31,498 nucleotides of DNA from NCBI GenBank assembly GCA_030595585.1, contig JAUVCY010000001.1, positions 1-31,498 on the forward strand, written 5' to 3'. The position numbers were made by a program, and so were the translations under genes. This stretch comes from Thermoplasmatota archaeon (GTDB taxonomy: Archaea > Thermoplasmatota > Penumbrarchaeia > Penumbrarchaeales > Penumbrarchaeaceae). The first letter of the stretch is position 1. Each line of letters opens with the position of its first letter. The notes under the pieces were generated by a model. The model worked only from the letters and a program-made list of their open reading frames with translations. It searched no databases and was not told where the DNA came from. Positions 7,713 through 15,148 of this stretch are shown here, in pieces.

Positions 7713-10700
7713 TCAATCGTCGAAGAGGTCGTCCGCAAGCTCGTCCAGGTCGTCTGAAAGCAGTGTGGGAACCTCCGCCATCGGAGGCGATACGACCACG
7801 ATCTCATCCTCCTCCTCCGAGTCGACACTTTCCTCAAGGTAGCCGCCTTGAGGGTCAGACGAAACTACCGTTTCGTCCAAATCTTCCCTATCCTGCATCT
7901 TGCGTGCGATGTCCCCCTCCACATCCGACGGTACGGGCGGGGCCACTATGGCCTCCTCCTCCTCCTCCTCCTCTTCGAACGTCTCGGTGGTGAGCGCCCT
8001 GGCCTCAAGCGGCCTGTTCGTTCCCACCTGCTCCACCATCTCCTTCTGGCGTTTTTCCTGTATCTTGATGAACGCCCCATACAGCACGATCATGACCATG
8101 ACCAGCACGATCATGATGAAGATGAACGAGTTCTGGTCGCTGTTGTCCCTCTCCTCCACAAGAAGCATGAACGAGCCGGCCGTGGTGGCCCCGTGTTCAT
8201 CCGTGACCCAGATATCAACCTTGTATTCCCCCGGCTTCGCATCGGACGGAACCTTGTAGAGGAAACTGGTGGAATTCGAGGTGAAGTTATATTTATCCCA
8301 TTCCATGTATATTGTGAATTCCACATCAAGGTCCACATCCCAGATGGAGAGTTCGATAAGCTCACTGGACCCCTGGGTGCAGTTCACCTGTGGGATCTCC
8401 TCGATGGTAGGGGGATCATTCGTCTGTGTCACCTCGAGCCTCATGATGTAGGTGGCGTTCAGCCCCTCGCTGTCATACGCCGTGAACGTGATCAGCGACT
8501 CACCCACGAGATCATCATCGGGTGAGATCGATATATTGAAACCTTTTTCGATATCCTCATGATCGCCGATCTTCAGGTCCATCATGTTGGACGTAAGGGT
8601 CAGCGATCCCGAATCGATGTCCCCCAGAATCACCGTGAAATTGGTGGTATGGTCCTCGCTCACCGTGAGGGTCTCGGGGCAGTAGAAGAACTCGGGTGGA
8701 TCGTTCACCGCCTCGACCCTGACCTGGATCGTACGCGTATCGAGGGAAGATCCATCCGATGCGGTAACGTTGAGCGCCCCGTTGCCGTTCCAGTTGGTAT
8801 GTGGTATTATCTCAAGTTCCATGCCCGTTATCACCGCATCGAAGCCCCCCTGTACGTCGCTGACCCAGGCTGTGATGGGAACCTCCGGGAAATTGTCATT
8901 GTCCCAGAGGTACGGCGAGAGGTCCAGTGTGCCGGTGTCCTGGGAGAGGGGCGTATCCTCCTTCAGAAGTTGATTGGGTATGGTGGTCCCTTTGAAGTAA
9001 AGGGGGTCATTGACCTGGACCCTCCTCTCGAGCACGTTGTCCGTAGTATCAGATTCGATCAGGACGTGTGAGGGCATATATGGGGGCGCCACCTCAGCCA
9101 TAATGATGCTGGAACCCGAGAGGATATATGAGGGGGGGAAGGTGAAGTTCAGGTCCAGGGTCTGGTTCACCCGAAGGATCGGGATCGGCCTGGGGAGGTC
9201 ATCCTTGGTCCTCATGTATCTCCCGTCCGGGGTGACCTCCAAGATGTTCAGGGTCACCACGAAATTGTAGAGGTCGACCGAGCCCGAGTTCCTGACCTTG
9301 AGATGGACGACGAGGTCCTTACCCTCACATGGGATGGCCGGGTTCAGGGTCATCTCCTGAAGGATCTCCACGTTCCTGTAGGAGACCACCTCGATCTCCT
9401 CGATCAGCGGGATGAACCTGGGATGGTCGATGGTGATGCTGAGGGGGTCCAGGCTTTCCCTGATCAGGATGTACTCGGCGACGCCCATATCATCCGTGGT
9501 CTTCCTGATGTAGAGCTCCGGGTCGGAGGGGTCTATCAACGTTATCAGTGCCCCCTCGACGGGAACGCCGGTGGCCTTGTCGTACACCTCCACCCTGAAT
9601 GTGTTGTTGTCCTGATCGTATGGGGTGGGGAGCGATGCTGAGAACGTCTTGGGCACGTCAAGCCAGATGGGCCCCTCCGGGTCTCCAAGGAGATTGTAGG
9701 CCAGGTTATCGATCCTGTGCATCCTGAACTCCTCGATCGTATAATCCCTCACGTCCCATATGTACTCCTCATACGCCGCCTTCTGCATGTAGAGAGCTTC
9801 CGCGGGATGCGATGTCACGTTGTATAACAGCTCGAAGTATTTCTGGGCCAACCACCAGTTGCCGTAGGAGCCCCCATCGATATACTCTCCCCTGTACGTG
9901 GTGGTCGTAGCGCCTATCAACCCTATCGCCCCTCCATTCGGGTTCCTCAGAAGCCTTTCCATATTGGTGTCGTCCTCCTCGGAGAAGTTGAGGGAATCAC
10001 AGTTGGAGATGTACACCAGGGGCACCCTTCTACCGTTCTCAATGGTCTCGGCCATCTCGTAATCGAAATAGTCTGCCTCGTCCAGCCAGTATGGGAGCGC
10101 CCCTCCACCCTCGCCCTTGTATTCCGTGCAGTTTCCATTGGAGTCGCCGTGACATGCGAGCAGGGCGGTGGAGAACCCCATCTCGAAGTAGGATTCGAAG
10201 GTGGTACTGTTCAGGGTATCGAAGAGCTGGGAGTATCCCCCGTACTGGAACTGCGGGTAATCGGCAAGGATGTACGAGGTCACGTGGTCCGGCAGCAGGG
10301 CATCCACCTTGGTGACGACCTCGTACCCGTTGTCCTTGTAGTCGTTGTATCCCTCATCCACCATCGTTGTATCCAGATTGTCCTTGATGTTGGGTCGATC
10401 CATCAGGGACCCCACGAGCAGCGCCGATCGCGCCCAGGACCCCACGGGGGGGTCGATCTCATAGCCGAGCTGTCTATCCACCATTATCGAGAGCTCCTCC
10501 ACGTTCGATGCGGGGAACCTGCCGACGTACACATCGGGGTTCCACTCGATCTCCCCCTCCTCACCGAACACCTCGTTCCTGCTGACATCGTCCCATGTCC
10601 CCTGCAGGTCAGCGTAGTAGTAATCGGTCAGAACGAAGTTCTTCTCGTTATCAACTGCGGGGTCGTAGGAGCCGTTGACGAAGGTGTTCCTCATGGGGAT

Positions 10701-11135
10701 GATCTCCCCGTCGCCCACGAGAAGGACCCATTTTAAGTTCATGTGATTCTTCCACATCGCCGTGATGAAGGATCTTATCTGCTCGGGTTCATCGCGTCCC
10801 CACGGCTCGTTCTCCGGTTCGAGGATCCCTTCAGGTCCGTTGAGGGGGATATAGGCGGCCTTCACGCCCTTGTTCGTCTTCCACTCGATGAGGGGGGCCA
10901 TGGTCTCGGCGAACTCCTGCGGGCCGATGGCAAGGTACTCAAGGCCGTTGATCAGGGGGACCTGATACTCCCCATCCCTTGAGGGGATATCCTCATTCAC
11001 CACGATCTCCGCCACCTCCTCCCCCATCGGGCGATCGCCCTGTGCCTGTACCGTACCTGTAAGCAAGGCTACGAGTAGAAGGGACGTTACGGCGCATATG
11101 GAAAGCACCCTGGATCTCGTTTCGGCCGAATGCAT
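7713..11135 (-). CDS. Membrane-anchored C25 (gingipain-like) cysteine peptidase with CARDB/Ig/cadherin-like domains, C-terminal TM helix and acidic tail
   Basis: C25 motifs YLAIGP...WKTNKG, WVLLVGD, TDYYYAD, VYVGRFP, catalytic His (ACHG, 10149-10151) and Cys (SNCD, 9999-10001), GAIGLIGAT, YNLLGDP. Then VRNSG (CARDB), VEAVNDPP / QTNDPP repeats, TM FIFIMIVLVMVMIVLYGAFI. Start ATG 11135 gives a signal peptide. Confidence 0.92.
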   Translation of the reverse strand: MHSAETRSRVLSICAVTSLLLVALLTGTVQAQGDRPMGEEVAEIVVNEDIPSRDGEYQVPLINGLEYLAIGPQEFAETMAPLIEWKTNKGVKAAYIPLNGPEGILEPENEPWGRDEPEQIRSFITAMWKNHMNLKWVLLVGDGEIIPMRNTFVNGSYDPAVDNEKNFVLTDYYYADLQGTWDDVSRNEVFGEEGEIEWNPDVYVGRFPASNVEELSIMVDRQLGYEIDPPVGSWARSALLVGSLMDRPNIKDNLDTTMVDEGYNDYKDNGYEVVTKVDALLPDHVTSYILADYPQFQYGGYSQLFDTLNSTTFESYFEMGFSTALLACHGDSNGNCTEYKGEGGGALPYWLDEADYFDYEMAETIENGRRVPLVYISNCDSLNFSEEDDTNMERLLRNPNGGAIGLIGATTTTYRGEYIDGGSYGNWWLAQKYFELLYNVTSHPAEALYMQKAAYEEYIWDVRDYTIEEFRMHRIDNLAYNLLGDPEGPIWLDVPKTFSASLPTPYDQDNNTFRVEVYDKATGVPVEGALITLIDPSDPELYIRKTTDDMGVAEYILIRESLDPLSITIDHPRFIPLIEEIEVVSYRNVEILQEMTLNPAIPCEGKDLVVHLKVRNSGSVDLYNFVVTLNILEVTPDGRYMRTKDDLPRPIPILRVNQTLDLNFTFPPSYILSGSSIIMAEVAPPYMPSHVLIESDTTDNVLERRVQVNDPLYFKGTTIPNQLLKEDTPLSQDTGTLDLSPYLWDNDNFPEVPITAWVSDVQGGFDAVITGMELEIIPHTNWNGNGALNVTASDGSSLDTRTIQVRVEAVNDPPEFFYCPETLTVSEDHTTNFTVILGDIDSGSLTLTSNMMDLKIGDHEDIEKGFNISISPDDDLVGESLITFTAYDSEGLNATYIMRLEVTQTNDPPTIEEIPQVNCTQGSSELIELSIWDVDLDVEFTIYMEWDKYNFTSNSTSFLYKVPSDAKPGEYKVDIWVTDEHGATTAGSFMLLVEERDNSDQNSFIFIMIVLVMVMIVLYGAFIKIQEKRQKEMVEQVGTNRPLEARALTTETFEEEEEEEEAIVAPPVPSDVEGDIARKMQDREDLDETVVSSDPQGGYLEESVDSEEEDEIVVVSPPMAEVPTLLSDDLDELADDLFDD

Positions 11136-11292
11136 GATCTGCCTCTTGACCTGTATTGTACCGGATGTGCAATAGATAACCATTTTGGTTAATTGTGTAT
11201 AGGATCCATCTTCTGGCTCCGCTCAGGGCCGTGCATCAAGGTTAAATCGTCCACCGTTCATATGGTGCCCCGAGAGCATAGAGGATGAAGAG

Positions 11293-12528
11293 ATGGCCAA
11301 AGAGGTCTACGGAACGGTGGTCCTTGCGGGGACGGCCCGAATAGCAAGCCAGATCAGGAGGGGAAAACGCAGAGACCTCTATCACAGAATGAGAAGACCA
11401 CATCTTTGGAAGATGGATACGGAAGCTCTGGAGGCCAACCTCGCCTCCGTGATCAACAGGGATGACTACATCGTGGGCGAGAACAAATCACTGCTCTACC
11501 TGCACCCTTCCCTCACCTCCGTCAGAAATATAAATTTCCTGAAAAGGGTCCTGTACTTCGCGGGGAAGACGGGGGACCGCCTCTACAGAAGGAACAAGCG
11601 TGATCTGCTGCTGTTCCTCTCCCGGGAGGGCAGGTCCCCGATCTCCCTGGTGATACAGAATTTGCTTCTATCCGATCACATCGATCCGGACCACCTTGTC
11701 GTGGTGGGGCCCAGGAGACAGCTGAAACACGAGCTGGAGCGAAGCGGTTTGGCCGGGGTCAGGGTCCTGGAACAGGGCAGCACCCTCGGGAGGAACCTCA
11801 TCAAGGGAAGGGAGGCGTTGATCGACGGATCATACGATGGGGAACATATCCTTTTCATTGGAGGGGACGTGCCGCTCCTTACCCCGAAGGGCATATCCGA
11901 TTTCATAGAGCGAAGCGACGTGAAAGCCTTCGAGGGCGATATCATCTGGGGGATGGGGAGCAGGGAACAGCTGGGAGAATATATCGTCGAGCACGACGTG
12001 GAACATCTGGGCTCCGTAGGGCCGAACCATCCAAAGAAGGGAAATCTCAACAAGTTCGGCATACCGCTTATCGACGACAGGGGGGTCTTCGGAAAGGGTG
12101 GAATGAGGAGAGAGCTCATGATGGGCAACCTGTTCCTGTACCGTACCTCATCGGTCAACCCAAAGCTGGTCGACCGGTTCTATTCGCTTCGCAAGATGGG
12201 CGCGAACCCGCTGGCCTACCCCTGGTTGATGTGGCACTTCGGTGCCCCACTGCTCAGGGCGGTCAGGTGGAAGCTCACGATCTCGGAGGCGGAGAGGGCC
12301 TTCTCAAAGAACGCCGGGATCGACCTGAGGGTGGGGTATGCCCCACCGGAGATCACCCTGGACCTGGACTCATATTCCGATCTCAGGCGGTTGAGCGGAG
12401 TATACTTCTCGAGAGAGGGGATGGACATCAACCTGGAGATGAGCTTCAGAAAGTTCCTCAGGCAGAAACGAAGGGAAAGGGGCGGACCCCTGGGCATCAG
12501 CAGGAAAAAAGTAAAAGGAGATGGATGA
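11293..12528 (+). CDS. MobA-like NTP-transferase (GT-A fold) family protein with two large N-terminal insertions
   Basis: VVLAG...GENKSLL, LVVVGP, EQGSTLGRNL, ILFIGGDVPLLTP, GNLFL, FYSLRK, PEITLDLDSYSDL. Confidence 0.75.
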   Translation: MAKEVYGTVVLAGTARIASQIRRGKRRDLYHRMRRPHLWKMDTEALEANLASVINRDDYIVGENKSLLYLHPSLTSVRNINFLKRVLYFAGKTGDRLYRRNKRDLLLFLSREGRSPISLVIQNLLLSDHIDPDHLVVVGPRRQLKHELERSGLAGVRVLEQGSTLGRNLIKGREALIDGSYDGEHILFIGGDVPLLTPKGISDFIERSDVKAFEGDIIWGMGSREQLGEYIVEHDVEHLGSVGPNHPKKGNLNKFGIPLIDDRGVFGKGGMRRELMMGNLFLYRTSSVNPKLVDRFYSLRKMGANPLAYPWLMWHFGAPLLRAVRWKLTISEAERAFSKNAGIDLRVGYAPPEITLDLDSYSDLRRLSGVYFSREGMDINLEMSFRKFLRQKRRERGGPLGISRKKVKGDG

Positions 12529-13906
12529 CCATTACCTGCTGATGAGCCCTTTCAGGTTGAGGGATCGGGATATGGGTGCACAGTTCTGTCAGCTGGAGCG
12601 GTCCCTGATATTCAATGAGGCAATGAGCCATACCGGTTTCGTTCACTACGTGGGAACCAATACGTTCAAGCTTTTGAAGTCCAAGTTCACGGAGGTCTAT
12701 GGGAGCTACGTTTACACCGTTCCACGCGACCTCCGCTCCTCGATAGATGAGGGCAGCTTCATATCGGTGGAGCCTGGACGTGTTTCCGAGAGGATCTCGG
12801 TGGATCGGGGCCGTTTCGTCAAGGGGAAGGAGGAGCCCAGGAAACTGCTGGTGGCCGAGGTGGAATCCGCGGCCCCTGCGGTGCTGGCCCTGCCCTCCCC
12901 CGAGCTTCCCAGGGACGAGTTCCTCGACAGGATATCGAGATCATGGAGATCTGCCCAGGAGGATATGCTGGACAAGGTGATGGCGCTTCTGATGGTGTCG
13001 GCCCCATCATCGCTGTACGGGGGCGGGGGCATCGGCTCGGAGGGGCTTGAGGTAACAAGGGACCTGTCCAAGGGGACGCCCCGTAACGTTGCAGATACCG
13101 TTCTTGCCCAGCTCCCCGCCGAGTTCCGGATAAGGTCCAGATCGCCATACTACTTCACCAAGGTGGATTCGCTCACCACCGTGAGGTCCATAGGGAGGAA
13201 CAGGTCCGATGAGGGGTGCTTCACGTTGGTCCATCCCCACCGTGTTACCGACGCGTGGACCAGGGAGAAGATACCCATCCAGCTTCCGTTCATCCTCAGG
13301 GAGGCCCAGTTCAGGGGCCGCCTTCCGGAGCTGGACCTGGACGTTCTGGATTTCCAGCTGACCGCGCTGTATACTCCTCCCCCGGCGGAGAACATGGTCG
13401 AGGAGATGATGGGCAGGGTGAAGAAGAGGGGAGAGTCCCTCATGTTCGACGCGGTCGGGCTGGGGCTGCCAGACCAGATGGCCTCCGTGAGGATCGCGTT
13501 ATCGCTGGCCAGGTTGAACGTTGGGAGGGTATTTCGCACGGGAAAATACGTGAGGCCCCTGGAGAACCCCCTGGACGAAGGAGAGCGGCTGTACTACGCT
13601 CTGATGGAGCAGGGAATGGAGGAGGTGGGGAGAAAGAAGGAGGAGGAGAGGTACGGGGGGATGAGGTCCCACCCCTGGAGGGAGAGGCTGAAGGACCTCG
13701 ACAGGAGGATATACTATCGACTGAGGATGTCTGCCGAGGAGACAGGTGTCGATCGGGTCCCCAGGGAGAGCATCATGCCTGATATCGAGAGAAGGACGAT
13801 AGACAAGGCGCTGGATCGGCTGAACCGGTACGGCTATATTCTGTTCATGAAAGGCGGCACGGAGATCAAGGTGGTGGTGGAATCCTCCCCCGAGGACCAC
13901 TCTTGA
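12521..13906 (+). CDS. Hypothetical protein, probable degenerate MCM-like (OB + inactive AAA+ + winged helix)
   Basis: The CDS is well supported (461 aa, host-like codon use, 8-nt overlap with upstream gene). MCM resemblance is by eye only: OB-like N-terminus, DKVMALLMVS, QMASVRIALSLARL, C-terminal IDKALDRLNRYGYI; no Walker A/B. Confidence 0.5.
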   Translation: MDDHYLLMSPFRLRDRDMGAQFCQLERSLIFNEAMSHTGFVHYVGTNTFKLLKSKFTEVYGSYVYTVPRDLRSSIDEGSFISVEPGRVSERISVDRGRFVKGKEEPRKLLVAEVESAAPAVLALPSPELPRDEFLDRISRSWRSAQEDMLDKVMALLMVSAPSSLYGGGGIGSEGLEVTRDLSKGTPRNVADTVLAQLPAEFRIRSRSPYYFTKVDSLTTVRSIGRNRSDEGCFTLVHPHRVTDAWTREKIPIQLPFILREAQFRGRLPELDLDVLDFQLTALYTPPPAENMVEEMMGRVKKRGESLMFDAVGLGLPDQMASVRIALSLARLNVGRVFRTGKYVRPLENPLDEGERLYYALMEQGMEEVGRKKEEERYGGMRSHPWRERLKDLDRRIYYRLRMSAEETGVDRVPRESIMPDIERRTIDKALDRLNRYGYILFMKGGTEIKVVVESSPEDHS

Positions 13907-13982
13907 TCTGAGCCGATACCTCGGCGAAGATAAGACTATTCTCCGGAATAGTCGTCATCTGAGCGAATACTTTCGCGAAGGT
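13906..13982 (+). ncRNA. Candidate structured 3'-UTR element: two covarying G.A-tandem hairpins flanking an 8-bp hairpin
   Basis: 24-nt copies ATCTGAGCCGATACCTCGGCGAAG (13906-13929) and ATCTGAGCGAATACTTTCGCGAAG (13957-13980); central GACTATTC-TCCG-GAATAGTC (13934-13953). Structure is seen directly; RNA function is inferred. Confidence 0.5.
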
Positions 13983-13998
13983 TGGATGAATCTACCGA

Positions 13999-15066
13999 TT
14001 ACTCCTCTTCGTCGTCTCCACCGCCAGCACCCCACCCGATCTTGTCCCAGTTCCTGGACAGTTCCGCCTTTATGCCGGGACCTATCGCCGATACCTCCAT
14101 CTTCTCCTTTCTGATCATCCTCTCGACGAAACGTATCCTCCGCCTCAACCCCGCCCTGTTGGCGTTCTGGATCTCCAGTCCCGGCCTCCTGTTCACCTCG
14201 ATGACCAGAACTCCTTTTTTATCGTCCACCGCCAGGTCCACGCCTGCAAAACCCATTCCCATGGCGTCCGAGGCGGCGGATGCCGTCTCCATGATCTCCT
14301 CCCACATGTTGAAGCCGAAGCCGACCAAGGAGCGCCCGGTCCCGGGATGCTTTCTGGAGCTTTTCCTGCCTATCGTTCCCGAGATTATACGCCCCTCCGA
14401 TATCGATATGCCTGCAGCGAAGGCGCCCTGATGGACATTTGCTTTGCCACCTGAACCCTTGGTGGGAAGCCTGGTCATCGCCATGATCGGGAATCCCTTG
14501 AAGATCACCACCCTGATGTCCAGAAGGCCCATCGTCGCCAGCTCCCTCAGCCTTCTGGAGAGGATGATCCTCTCCTCGATCATGGCGGTATCAGGGGTGC
14601 CTCCCAGATATCTGCCGTTGATTATCCTCATCGCATGGCGGACCAGATAGGGGGCGTCAACGCCCTTTCCCGATATGAGTATGAACTTCCTGGCAACGAT
14701 CCTCTGCACCACGAGGATCCCGGTGCCGCCGTGGCCCTGGCTGGGTTTGACGACGAACCCCTCTTTTCTGGTGGCCAGCCAATCCTGAAATGGTATCAGC
14801 TCCTCCTCGGAGGCCACCGTCATCAACGTCTCGGGGATCGGGATCCCCGCCTGGCCGAGTATCCCCTTCTGGTACAGCTTGTCCATGGACTCCATAAGGT
14901 CCTGGGGGTTGTACTTCTTCAGGTACCCCCTCCAGGTATCCTTTTCGAGTATGTCGCCCTTCCCGTAGAAAGAGACGGGAAGTCTCACGCTCCCCTCGCG
15001 CCTGAGCTCCCGCTGGACCTGCCTGAACCGGTAGGGCCTCCTTAGCAGACGCCTGAACCATCCCAT
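13999..15066 (-). CDS. ATP-grasp ligase, alpha-L-glutamate ligase-like (RimK-related / sugar-transfer-associated ATP-grasp type)
   Basis: KKYNP...DKL, GIPIPETL, FVVKPSQGHGGTGI, MIEERI, DIRV, AMTRLPT..SGGKANVHQGA, GVDL, VIEVNRRPGLEIQNAN. Start ATG 15066 after AGGAG. Confidence 0.88.
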   Translation of the reverse strand: MGWFRRLLRRPYRFRQVQRELRREGSVRLPVSFYGKGDILEKDTWRGYLKKYNPQDLMESMDKLYQKGILGQAGIPIPETLMTVASEEELIPFQDWLATRKEGFVVKPSQGHGGTGILVVQRIVARKFILISGKGVDAPYLVRHAMRIINGRYLGGTPDTAMIEERIILSRRLRELATMGLLDIRVVIFKGFPIMAMTRLPTKGSGGKANVHQGAFAAGISISEGRIISGTIGRKSSRKHPGTGRSLVGFGFNMWEEIMETASAASDAMGMGFAGVDLAVDDKKGVLVIEVNRRPGLEIQNANRAGLRRRIRFVERMIRKEKMEVSAIGPGIKAELSRNWDKIGWGAGGGDDEEE

Positions 15067-15148
15067 CCGCCTTCTCCTTCGAAACCTCAAGTTTGACCAC
15101 CAACCATACGATCGCAGCCTGGATGACCTTGGATGGACCTACTCTCGT

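Noticed and set aside
7950-7976. CCT/GAG trinucleotide run as a contingency repeat
   Set aside because: It simply encodes the poly-Glu tail; triplet changes would not alter the frame.
7848-10982. Long + strand ORFs antisense to the C25 gene (and similar shadows over deoA, tgtA, gyaR, VWA, FG-GAP genes)
   Set aside because: Typical antisense shadows of GC-rich codon bias; no motifs or SD, and they overlap well-supported genes.
13906-13980. Mini-CRISPR (24-nt repeat, 27-nt spacer, repeat)
   Set aside because: Only two copies; they differ at 5 positions in a covarying way, the spacer is itself a perfect hairpin, and there is no leader or cas gene.
13906-13982. SECIS element or hammerhead ribozyme
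   Set aside because: The UGAN/NGAN core is SECIS-like, but no upstream in-frame UGA has a selenoprotein context (read-through of TGA 13904 ends after 8 codons). CUGA...GAA is hammerhead-like, but the required CUGANGA and GAAA core is absent.
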